Source: Candidatus Bathyarchaeota archaeon (GTDB lineage: Archaea; Thermoproteota; Bathyarchaeia; Bathyarchaeales; Bathycorpusculaceae). Taken from it: a stretch of DNA of 64,000 bases. How positions within the stretch are numbered: position 1 is the stretch's first letter; every line of letters begins with the position of its first letter. The position numbers were made by a program, and so were the translations under genes. The DNA lies in the NCBI GenBank assembly GCA_963739305.1, contig CAVTZU010000032.1, forward strand, positions 1-64,000, given 5' to 3'. This document shows, piece after piece, positions 50,048-58,076 of this stretch. The notes beneath the pieces were generated by a model that did not search any database, was not told where the DNA came from, and worked only from the letters and a program-made list of their open reading frames with translations.

Positions 50048-50938
50048 ATGAGCGAGAGCTGCATAATGTCGGAGAAACTTACGAAGGTTGAGTTCACTAA
50101 CCTCGACAAAATACTGTATCCCGATTTGAACGTCACGAAAGGTCAGATAATCAAATACTACATCCAAGTGGCTCCAAAGATGCTGGATATCCTGGCTAAC
50201 AGACCAATCGTATTGACAAGGTTTCCGAACGGCGTCGATCAAGAGGGTTTCTACGAGAAAGACGCTCCGCAAGGCACTCCTGGATGGGTGAAAACCCTCA
50301 GAAAATACTCTGAGACGGGGAAGCGAGAAATCAACTACATCCTGTGCGATGATCTGGACACGCTCATCTGGCTCGCCAATCTGGCCGCTTTGGAAATTCA
50401 CATGACCCTTTCCCAGGCCGACTCGTTTGAAAACCCCGATCTAGTCGTGTTCGACTTAGACCCTAAAACTCCAGCTGGCTATCGCGAAGTCGCGGAGGTT
50501 GCCTTTCTGATAAAGGAAAAACTTGATTCACTAGGCTTGAAATCATTCGTGAAAACCTCAGGAAAGAAAGGTATTCACATCCTTTTTCCAATCATCAGCG
50601 GCTACTCCTTCAAACAAACTCGAGAATTCGTCCAAGGAATCGGTGAATCTCTCAAGGAACAAACCGACACAATAGTAACTGAAAGATCCAAGAAGGACAC
50701 TGAAGGAAGAGTGTACATAGATTACGTGCAGAATTCACATGGAAGAACGATGATTTGTCCTTACAGTCTGAGAGCGACATCTCACGCGACGGTGTCTATA
50801 CCGTTGAAGTGGGACGAAGTCAAGAAAGGGTTAAACCCTGAAGAGTTCAACCTATTCAGTGCAGTCAAAATCACGGAGAATCCTTGGAAAGGAATAATGG
50901 AGAACAAGCAGAAGTTGGAGGATGTTTCAGATGGTTGA
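50048..50938 (+). CDS. NHEJ primase-polymerase (stand-alone LigD POL domain)
   Basis: TNLDKILYP, RFPNG, FYEK, FDLDP, KTSGKKGIH, YIDYVQN and PYSLRA. Confidence 0.93.
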   Translation: MSESCIMSEKLTKVEFTNLDKILYPDLNVTKGQIIKYYIQVAPKMLDILANRPIVLTRFPNGVDQEGFYEKDAPQGTPGWVKTLRKYSETGKREINYILCDDLDTLIWLANLAALEIHMTLSQADSFENPDLVVFDLDPKTPAGYREVAEVAFLIKEKLDSLGLKSFVKTSGKKGIHILFPIISGYSFKQTREFVQGIGESLKEQTDTIVTERSKKDTEGRVYIDYVQNSHGRTMICPYSLRATSHATVSIPLKWDEVKKGLNPEEFNLFSAVKITENPWKGIMENKQKLEDVSDG

Positions 50939-51728
50939 AGAAGGAAAAGTGCAATCGCGTAAAGGATCGATTTGGAGCGGTTCCATCACCATCGGGCTGG
51001 TCAACGTGCCAGTTAGGTTGCACACAATGATCTTCGACAAAAGTGTTGCCTTCAGATTTCTGCATAAGACCGACGGTTCCCCGCTGAAGTACCAGAAGGT
51101 CTGCATCAAGGAAGACAAGGTAGTTCCATGGGAAGACATAGTCAAAGGATTTGAAGTCGGAAAAGGCGAGTTTGTGGTTTTCACAAACGAAGAGCTCAAA
51201 GCAGCGAGACCTGAATCTGACCAAAGAATCAGAATAGACAAATTCATCGACTACTTTTCAATCGATCCAGTCTACTTCGATAGGTCTTACATACTGGCTC
51301 CAGACAAGAACAGCGATCCATACAGCCTTCTTCTGACCACTCTGGAAAAAATGGGGAAGGCAGGTGTTGGCAGAATAACGCTGAGGACCAAAGAATACCC
51401 CGTTTTAGTTCATCCATATAATGATGCTCTCGTTCTGACGACGCTAAGGTACGCGTACGAGGTCAGAGACCCTAAGAAACTGGAAGAAATCAAGGGGCTC
51501 AAAGAGCCTAAGAAAGATGAGCTCGACCTTGCAAAAAAAATAGTCACTGACCTGTCGGGCGAATTTGACATCGCAGAGTACAAGGATGCGTTCAGGCAGA
51601 AAGTCGAAGAACTAGTGAAAAAGAAGATGAAAGGTGAAACCATCACAGTCGAGAAGCCCGTGAAAGAAGAAGCTAAAGAACTGATGGTTGCGTTGCAGGA
51701 GACGCTCAAACAGCTGAAGAACAAATGA
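50931..51728 (+). CDS. ku: NHEJ end-binding protein Ku
   Basis: IWSGSITIGLVNVPV, IVKGFE, IDPVYFDRSY, Y.D.FR and LMVALQETL. Confidence 0.96.
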   Translation: MVEEGKVQSRKGSIWSGSITIGLVNVPVRLHTMIFDKSVAFRFLHKTDGSPLKYQKVCIKEDKVVPWEDIVKGFEVGKGEFVVFTNEELKAARPESDQRIRIDKFIDYFSIDPVYFDRSYILAPDKNSDPYSLLLTTLEKMGKAGVGRITLRTKEYPVLVHPYNDALVLTTLRYAYEVRDPKKLEEIKGLKEPKKDELDLAKKIVTDLSGEFDIAEYKDAFRQKVEELVKKKMKGETITVEKPVKEEAKELMVALQETLKQLKNK

Positions 51729-53119
51729 CACAGTTTTACAAGCCAATGCTCGCTCAGTCCGCAGAGGGGCCTTTCAAATCAAAAGATTGGATTTTCGAGG
51801 TAAAATGGGACGGCATTAGGGCAATCAGCTACGTCAACGACGAATTGAGCATAAGAACGCGCAACGACAAAGAGTTGAGGTACAACTTTCCAGAGCTGGA
51901 AGAACTCAGGAACCTCACCAGAAGCGCTGTTCTCGATGGCGAAATCGTCGTCATACACGAGGGAATGACCGATTTTCAGACTCTCATCGAGAGAAGCAAG
52001 CTGACTTCGATACGGGACATAGAACGCATGGCACGAGAGTTTCCAGCCACCTACGTGGTTTTCGACTTGCTCGAGAAGGATGGTACGCCACTCATAGACC
52101 TTCCGTTGATGGAAAGAAAGAAGATGCTTAACGAGGTTTTGAAGGATGGAAAACATGTTGTTCTCTCCGTTTTCGTTGAAGAAGAGGGCAAGTTCTACTA
52201 TCAGGAAGCCGTCAAGAAAGGCGTCGAGGGAGTAATGGCAAAGAAGAAAGACAGTCGATACACGCCCGGCGTGCGAAGTGAAGGTTGGCTGAAAATAAAG
52301 AAATTGCTTTCATGTGACTGCGTGATTTTCGGATACACGGAGGGCGAAGGAAAGAGAAAGATGGATTTTGGAGCCCTGATTCTAGGGTTGTACGAAGAAA
52401 ACAAACCGGTCTACGTCGGCAAAGTCGGAACCGGCTTCTCCCAAGAAAAGATGGACCAATTGAAGAAGACATTCCAAAAACTCATCTCGTTCGAACGAAC
52501 CCTCGAAGGAGTCGACGTTGCGGAAAAAGTAACGTGGTTGAGACCGGAGCTTGTTTGTGAAGTTGTCTATCAAGTCGTGACGAAAGACCGCAGGCTTCGC
52601 ATGCCTAGGTTCCGGTCTCTCAGGGCGGACAAAGAACCTCTTGAGTGCACTGTTGAACAGTTGAAACGGAATAGACTTAGCGAATACGCTTCTAAGAGAG
52701 ATTTTAAAGTTACCCCTGAACCTCGAGCTGTTGAGCAAAGCCCTAACCAACGGATCTTCGTGGTGCAGGAGCATCACGCTCGAAGACTGCACTATGATCT
52801 TAGGTTAGAAAAAGACGGCGTGCTTAGAAGCTGGGCTGTTCCAAAGGGCATTCCTGAAAAATCTGGCGAGAAGAGACTTGCCGTGCAAACCGAGGATCAT
52901 CCTATAGAATACGCCACGTTTGAAGGAACGATACCAAATGGGCAGTACGGCGCGGGACTTGTAAAAATATGGGATGAAGGAACATTCGACGTTAAGATCT
53001 GGAAGGAGGACATGATCGAATTCAAATTGAACGGTCAACGACTTCTAGGTGTATACGTACTGACGAAATTCAAGAAGGCAGGAGAGAAAGATTGGCTTCT
53101 TCTGAGGGCGAGAGACTGA
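51725..53119 (+). CDS. ligD: ATP-dependent DNA ligase (LigD-type) fused to a C-terminal 3'-phosphoesterase (PE) domain
   Basis: EVKWDG, LDGEIV, FDLL, EGVMAK, WLKIK, RMPRF..LRADK; then KRDFKVTPEP, QEHHARRLHYDLRLE, SWAVPKG and TEDHPIEY. Confidence 0.95.
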   Translation: MTQFYKPMLAQSAEGPFKSKDWIFEVKWDGIRAISYVNDELSIRTRNDKELRYNFPELEELRNLTRSAVLDGEIVVIHEGMTDFQTLIERSKLTSIRDIERMAREFPATYVVFDLLEKDGTPLIDLPLMERKKMLNEVLKDGKHVVLSVFVEEEGKFYYQEAVKKGVEGVMAKKKDSRYTPGVRSEGWLKIKKLLSCDCVIFGYTEGEGKRKMDFGALILGLYEENKPVYVGKVGTGFSQEKMDQLKKTFQKLISFERTLEGVDVAEKVTWLRPELVCEVVYQVVTKDRRLRMPRFRSLRADKEPLECTVEQLKRNRLSEYASKRDFKVTPEPRAVEQSPNQRIFVVQEHHARRLHYDLRLEKDGVLRSWAVPKGIPEKSGEKRLAVQTEDHPIEYATFEGTIPNGQYGAGLVKIWDEGTFDVKIWKEDMIEFKLNGQRLLGVYVLTKFKKAGEKDWLLLRARD

Positions 53120-53872
53120 ATGGGCAACATAAACATCGGCACGATGGGCTGGAGCTACGACTTCTGGGTTGGAAATTTCTATCATGAAAGCACAAAGTCA
53201 AGCGAATACTTGACGGAGTATTCCAGACATTTTGGCACGGTCGAAATAGACAACACCTTTTACAGAATCCCAAGCCAAACCTCTTTGGAAAAATGGTTCA
53301 AACAGACGCCCCCTGGCTTTCTGTTTTCTGCAAAATTTCCACAGATCATCACTCATAAGAAGATGCTGAAAGACTGTGAAAGCGAGTTACAACTGTTCCT
53401 CAACAGAGTATTCACGCTGCAAAGCAAACTGGGACCGTTGTTGCTTCAGTTCCCACCTGCTTTCGGTCCTGAAAAAATCCCTCTTTTGAAAAATTTCCTT
53501 CCCAAACTACCCCAGGAGCATAAATACGCGATAGAAGTGAGAAACAGGAAAATTCTCAACGACAAACTGTACTCTATCCTGAAAGAGAATAACGTTGCCT
53601 TGACCCTGTCAACAAACCCATCCCTTCCAGAAATTGAGCAGATCACCGCCAATTTTGCGTACATTAGATGGGAAGGAGACAGAAGCAAAGTCAACGGCAC
53701 CCTAGGCAGATTGGAGATTGACAGGACAGACGATATCAAAGGCTGGGCAAACAAAATCGTCCGACTGCTGGACAAGACAACGCAGGTCTTCGGATACTTC
53801 AGCAAATACTACTCGGGGCACCCACCTACTGACGCGAGGACTCTGTTGAAGTCGATCGGTGAAATAAGCTGA
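53120..53872 (+). CDS. DUF72 (YecE-like) TIM-barrel protein
   Basis: IGTMGWSY, VEIDNTFYRIP, KFPQIITH, LLQFPP and EVR. Confidence 0.92.
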   Translation: MGNINIGTMGWSYDFWVGNFYHESTKSSEYLTEYSRHFGTVEIDNTFYRIPSQTSLEKWFKQTPPGFLFSAKFPQIITHKKMLKDCESELQLFLNRVFTLQSKLGPLLLQFPPAFGPEKIPLLKNFLPKLPQEHKYAIEVRNRKILNDKLYSILKENNVALTLSTNPSLPEIEQITANFAYIRWEGDRSKVNGTLGRLEIDRTDDIKGWANKIVRLLDKTTQVFGYFSKYYSGHPPTDARTLLKSIGEIS

Positions 53873-54005
53873 CCTCAAGAGAGCGCGCAGCAAAAGATTA
53901 ATCCTGGTCTGCACACTTGTTGAGTGGTGTCTGATATGAGGAATAGCGTTCTCTGTTCGTAAGAACAAAACCTTTAATACACAACGGACCGAATCAGACA
54001 GTTTC

Positions 54006-56924
54006 ATGGAATTTTTGAGACAAATCGAAGAGAAATGGCAGAAGAAATGGGAAACCGCCAAGATTTTCGAAGCAAACCCCGATCCGAAGAAGCCTAAGTG
54101 CTACATCACGGTAGCCTACCCGTACCCAAACAGCCCACAACACGTTGGCCACGGAAGAACCTACACGCTCGCAGACGTGCACGCCAGATACATGCGAATG
54201 CGCGGCTACAATGTTTTGCTGCCGATGGCTTTTCACTACACAGGCACGCCCGTTTTAGCTATGGCAAAACGCCTACAAGAAAACGACAAGGGACTTGTCT
54301 CCGACTTCGTGAACGTTTACAAAATCCCTAAGGAAAAACTGAAAGACCTAGCCGATCCGATGGAGATGGCACGCTACTTCCACCGAGAGATCAAATCTGG
54401 TATGAAAGAAATAGGGTATTCCATCGATTGGCGACGCGAATTCACAACCATAGATCCACACTACAACCGCTTCATAGAATGGCAATTCCAAAAACTCCGG
54501 CAAGGGGGCTACATAAGCCGCGGAAGCCACCCGGTGGGATGGTGTCCTAAAGACGGAAACCCCGTGGGACAACACGACACAGTCGGCGATGTTGAACCAG
54601 AGATAGGCGAATTCACGTTGATCAAGTTCCGTCAGGACGGCCTCATTTTTCCCACTGCAACTCTTCGTCCTGAAACAGTGTTCGGCGTTACCAACATCTG
54701 GTTAAACCCTGAGTGCACGTACGTGAAGTCGGACGTCGACGGCGAACACTGGCTAGTCAGCCAACAAAGCATTGAGAAACTCATTCACCTGAACCATAAA
54801 GTCACGGTGTTGGAATCTGTAGAAGGCAGTGCACTTATCGGAAAGTATGTTGAAAACCCCGCGAATGGAGCAAAGATACCCATATTGCCAGCGGATTTCG
54901 TGGATCCAAAAAACGCTACGGGCGTCGTAATGTCCGTCCCAGGACACGCGCCATACGATTTGGTTGCTCTCCAAAACCTCAAAAAAGATCCGTCTCAACT
55001 CAAACAATACGGCTTAGCAGCCGAAATCATGAATTCAGTAAGACCGATCTCTCTGATCGAAGTGTCTGGCTACTCTGAGATACCCGCTGCAGACGCAGTC
55101 CAGAAGATGAAAATTCAGAGTCAGAACGATCCCAAACTGGAAGAAGCAACCAGAGAAGTTTACCGGCACGAGTTTCACAATGGAAAACTCAAGCAAAACA
55201 CCGGCAAGTACTCAGGCATGTCAGTCGCGGAAGCGAAAGACAAAGTAAAACAGGATCTGATTAGCGACGGCAAGGCCACAACGATGTACGAACTATTGAA
55301 CAGACCTGTGCTTTGCCGCTGTAGGACCGAGTGTATCGTCAAAATCTTCCAAGATCAATGGTTCATCGATTATGGAAAACCTGAATGGAAAGCGCTCGCG
55401 CATAAGAACCTCGACAAAATGGGAATATTACCTGAAGAATTGCGTCAAGAATTCAACAACGTCATCGACTGGCTTCACGAGAAGGCGTGCGCCCGCAAAT
55501 CGGGAATGGGCACACGGCTCCCATGGGACAAGGACTGGATAATCGAATCACTATCAGACTCGACAATCTACATGGCTTACTACACGATTGTTAGACATAT
55601 CAAGACGCACAAGATCAAACCGGATCAACTGACCGACGAGGTTCTTGACTACATATTCCTCGGGATAGGTGAACCCGAGAAACTGGCGAAAAAAGTCAAA
55701 ATGGACCTTGAGGTTCTGAAACAGATGCGTGCAGAATTCCTTTACTTTTATCCTTTGGACAGTCGTCACTCTGGACGCGACCTGGTTCCTAACCACTTGA
55801 CATTCATGATCTTCAACCACACAGCCATTTTCCCGCAGAAGCACTGGCCGCGACAAATAGCCACGAACGGCAGCGTCATGATGGAAGGAGCCAAAATGAG
55901 CAAATCCTTCGGCAACATTATCCCACTGAGAGAGGCCTTGACTAAGTTCGGCGCCGACTCAATAAGACTGAGCGTAATGTCAACGGCAGAATTACTGCAA
56001 GACGCAGATTTCAGCCCCAACATTGCGAAAGCGATGAGAGACCGAATCCAACGTCTCTACAGATTTGTCTCAGACAATGTCAAGACAACACGAAAGCACA
56101 AGATTTCCAAGAATTCACTCACTCAGATGGACAGGTGGATGATCAGTCGACTACAAATAAATATAGAGACAGCCACAAAGGCGATGGACAAACTGGCTGT
56201 CCGCAAAGCCATACACACGATCATCTACGAACTGGACCAGGATTTCCAGTGGTATCAAAAACGCGCTTCTGCAGAGAGCAAAGAAAGAAGAGATGCTGTC
56301 GCTTATGTGCAAAATCAAATAATCGATGCCCAAATCAGGATGTTGGCCCCCGTTGCGCCTCACATATGCGAAGAGATGTGGGAAATGACCGGGGGTAAGG
56401 AGTTTGTTTCGTTGGCTCAGTGGCCGTCACCTGATGAATCGAAAATAGACGTCGAAGCCGAAGAAAGCGAGACACTAGTCATGAATGTCCTAGAAGACAC
56501 GCAGAACATAACGAAGGCAACGAGCGTGGCACCAAAAAGAGTATGCTTCTATACGGCAGCTCCTTGGAAACAGCAAATATGGACGAGCGCATTGGAAAAA
56601 TCGGTCTCAGGCAAGGTTGCACAGAAAGATATTATGAAAGAAATGATGACCAAACCTGATTTGAGAGCAAAAGCTGACAACGTATCCAAGTTCGTCGGCC
56701 AAATTTCAGACGAGCTGAACCGCATGTCCGAGGAAAAGAAGAAACGGTTGCAAAAGGTGAGGTCAATGGATGAAGCTCAAACATTGAAGGGGGCAAAGGC
56801 CTTTCTGGAAAAAGAACTGAAGGCAAAAGTTGACGTATACAGTGAAGAAGACCTGCAGCGCTACGATCCCAAATATAGAGCGCAGCTTGCCAAGCCCCGC
56901 CGCCCCGCGATTTTCATAGAATAA
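54006..56924 (+). CDS. leuS: Leucine--tRNA ligase (archaeal type)
   Basis: YPYPN..HVGH, TLRPET, SVPGHAP, ESLSDSTIY and KMSKS. Confidence 0.98.
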   Translation: MEFLRQIEEKWQKKWETAKIFEANPDPKKPKCYITVAYPYPNSPQHVGHGRTYTLADVHARYMRMRGYNVLLPMAFHYTGTPVLAMAKRLQENDKGLVSDFVNVYKIPKEKLKDLADPMEMARYFHREIKSGMKEIGYSIDWRREFTTIDPHYNRFIEWQFQKLRQGGYISRGSHPVGWCPKDGNPVGQHDTVGDVEPEIGEFTLIKFRQDGLIFPTATLRPETVFGVTNIWLNPECTYVKSDVDGEHWLVSQQSIEKLIHLNHKVTVLESVEGSALIGKYVENPANGAKIPILPADFVDPKNATGVVMSVPGHAPYDLVALQNLKKDPSQLKQYGLAAEIMNSVRPISLIEVSGYSEIPAADAVQKMKIQSQNDPKLEEATREVYRHEFHNGKLKQNTGKYSGMSVAEAKDKVKQDLISDGKATTMYELLNRPVLCRCRTECIVKIFQDQWFIDYGKPEWKALAHKNLDKMGILPEELRQEFNNVIDWLHEKACARKSGMGTRLPWDKDWIIESLSDSTIYMAYYTIVRHIKTHKIKPDQLTDEVLDYIFLGIGEPEKLAKKVKMDLEVLKQMRAEFLYFYPLDSRHSGRDLVPNHLTFMIFNHTAIFPQKHWPRQIATNGSVMMEGAKMSKSFGNIIPLREALTKFGADSIRLSVMSTAELLQDADFSPNIAKAMRDRIQRLYRFVSDNVKTTRKHKISKNSLTQMDRWMISRLQINIETATKAMDKLAVRKAIHTIIYELDQDFQWYQKRASAESKERRDAVAYVQNQIIDAQIRMLAPVAPHICEEMWEMTGGKEFVSLAQWPSPDESKIDVEAEESETLVMNVLEDTQNITKATSVAPKRVCFYTAAPWKQQIWTSALEKSVSGKVAQKDIMKEMMTKPDLRAKADNVSKFVGQISDELNRMSEEKKKRLQKVRSMDEAQTLKGAKAFLEKELKAKVDVYSEEDLQRYDPKYRAQLAKPRRPAIFIE

Positions 56925-56965
56925 AATATATCAGCCTAACCACTCCTCATTTATTGCGGCAAATT

Positions 56966-57077
56966 GGATCCGTAGCGCAGCATGGATACAAGCCAAGCCA
57001 TAAAGCGCGTCGGCCTTCTATGGCCTTGTGCTGAGGAAAGCCGAAAGTCCTGGGTTCAAATCCCAGCGGATCCGCCA
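56966..57077 (+). tRNA. tRNA-Arg(TCT) with two BHB introns (56988-57003 in the D-loop; 57021-57038 at 37/38) and encoded CCA
   Basis: Acceptor GGATCCG/CGGATCC, D-stem GCGC/GCGC, anticodon stem TCGGC/GCCGA, T-arm CTGGG-TTCAAAT-CCCAG. Confidence 0.92.
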
Positions 57078-57229
57078 ACCTTAATCACTGCTTCCTCTGC
57101 GGAAACAAGTTCGCTTCGGATACTTGTTGTGAGCAAATGCCCATAGCAAGAAGATCAGTTCAGTTTCAGTTTCGCGCCAAGAAAATTCAGATGACTTTCA
57201 ATTGCCCTTAGACATTTTCAATACGCGGC

Positions 57230-57961
57230 TTATGGATAGTTGATCCGAAATATCTTGCCTTCGCCATTGTCGAATAGCTTGGTGAAGTATGTGGGGTGCA
57301 ATGATTCATCAAACAACAATCTCAGGATAGTTACGTGCGAACCTAGTGCTGTCGGCGTGTAAGTAGTTCCATTTGTGTTTAGATAGTCTGTTCCGTTGTA
57401 ACCTGCGATGCTGGCTATCCAGTTGAATTTTTGTAGGTCATCTGGTTTGAAGACAAGCGCGTATGAGACACCATAGACCTGCATGGTTTGCAAAGATTGA
57501 TCTTCAGGCTGCATGAATATTCTCGCGAGATCGTGGATCTTCTGTGATGAACCCCATGAGCCGAATATCTGAGCCTCCAACGCATTCAGAGGGTCTCGAC
57601 TGTTTGCCATTGTGTTCCATATGTCTCTTGAAGGGTAGGCCTCTATTACTTCTCGGTGACTCCATTGTCTAACTGCTCTTCCATAGTCCCACCAGCAGAG
57701 TATTATGGAATTGTTAGGCGTGAGTTTTTCCAATTCGGTAAAGGTTTCCGGCATACCTTTCTCTTGTGAAAAATACGTGAGAACTGCGTCTTCCTTTTGA
57801 CCGAAATCTATTCTAAGGGCAACGAAGAGTGACAGGATTATCATTAGTATTATGGCGATTGTAAGAATGAATCGCTTTCTTCGCCAGAACTTCACTTTCA
57901 CCGGTTCACTTTTCTCCATAAATATGTAGTCGATGCTCTCCAATTTTAACTCCGTTGTCAT
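57230..57961 (-). CDS. Single-TM protein resembling the AglB/STT3 C-terminal WWDYG domain
   Basis: ILCWWDYG motif, YGVSYALV and GKIFRI; only one TM helix. Confidence 0.7.
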   Translation of the reverse strand: MTTELKLESIDYIFMEKSEPVKVKFWRRKRFILTIAIILMIILSLFVALRIDFGQKEDAVLTYFSQEKGMPETFTELEKLTPNNSIILCWWDYGRAVRQWSHREVIEAYPSRDIWNTMANSRDPLNALEAQIFGSWGSSQKIHDLARIFMQPEDQSLQTMQVYGVSYALVFKPDDLQKFNWIASIAGYNGTDYLNTNGTTYTPTALGSHVTILRLLFDESLHPTYFTKLFDNGEGKIFRINYP

Positions 57962-58076
57962 GGTTCTAAGGGTTTGCCTTTCTCAATCAGTTTCTTGGCA
58001 GGCAGTAGATGTTAACCCTGCTCCACAGTGTTCTAAACATTAGACTTAAAAGTCCTGCAAAAGAATAACACGTGAT

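Noticed and set aside
56966-57230. tRNA-anchored island (att site)
   Set aside because: No duplicated tRNA 3' end and no integrase seen in the window
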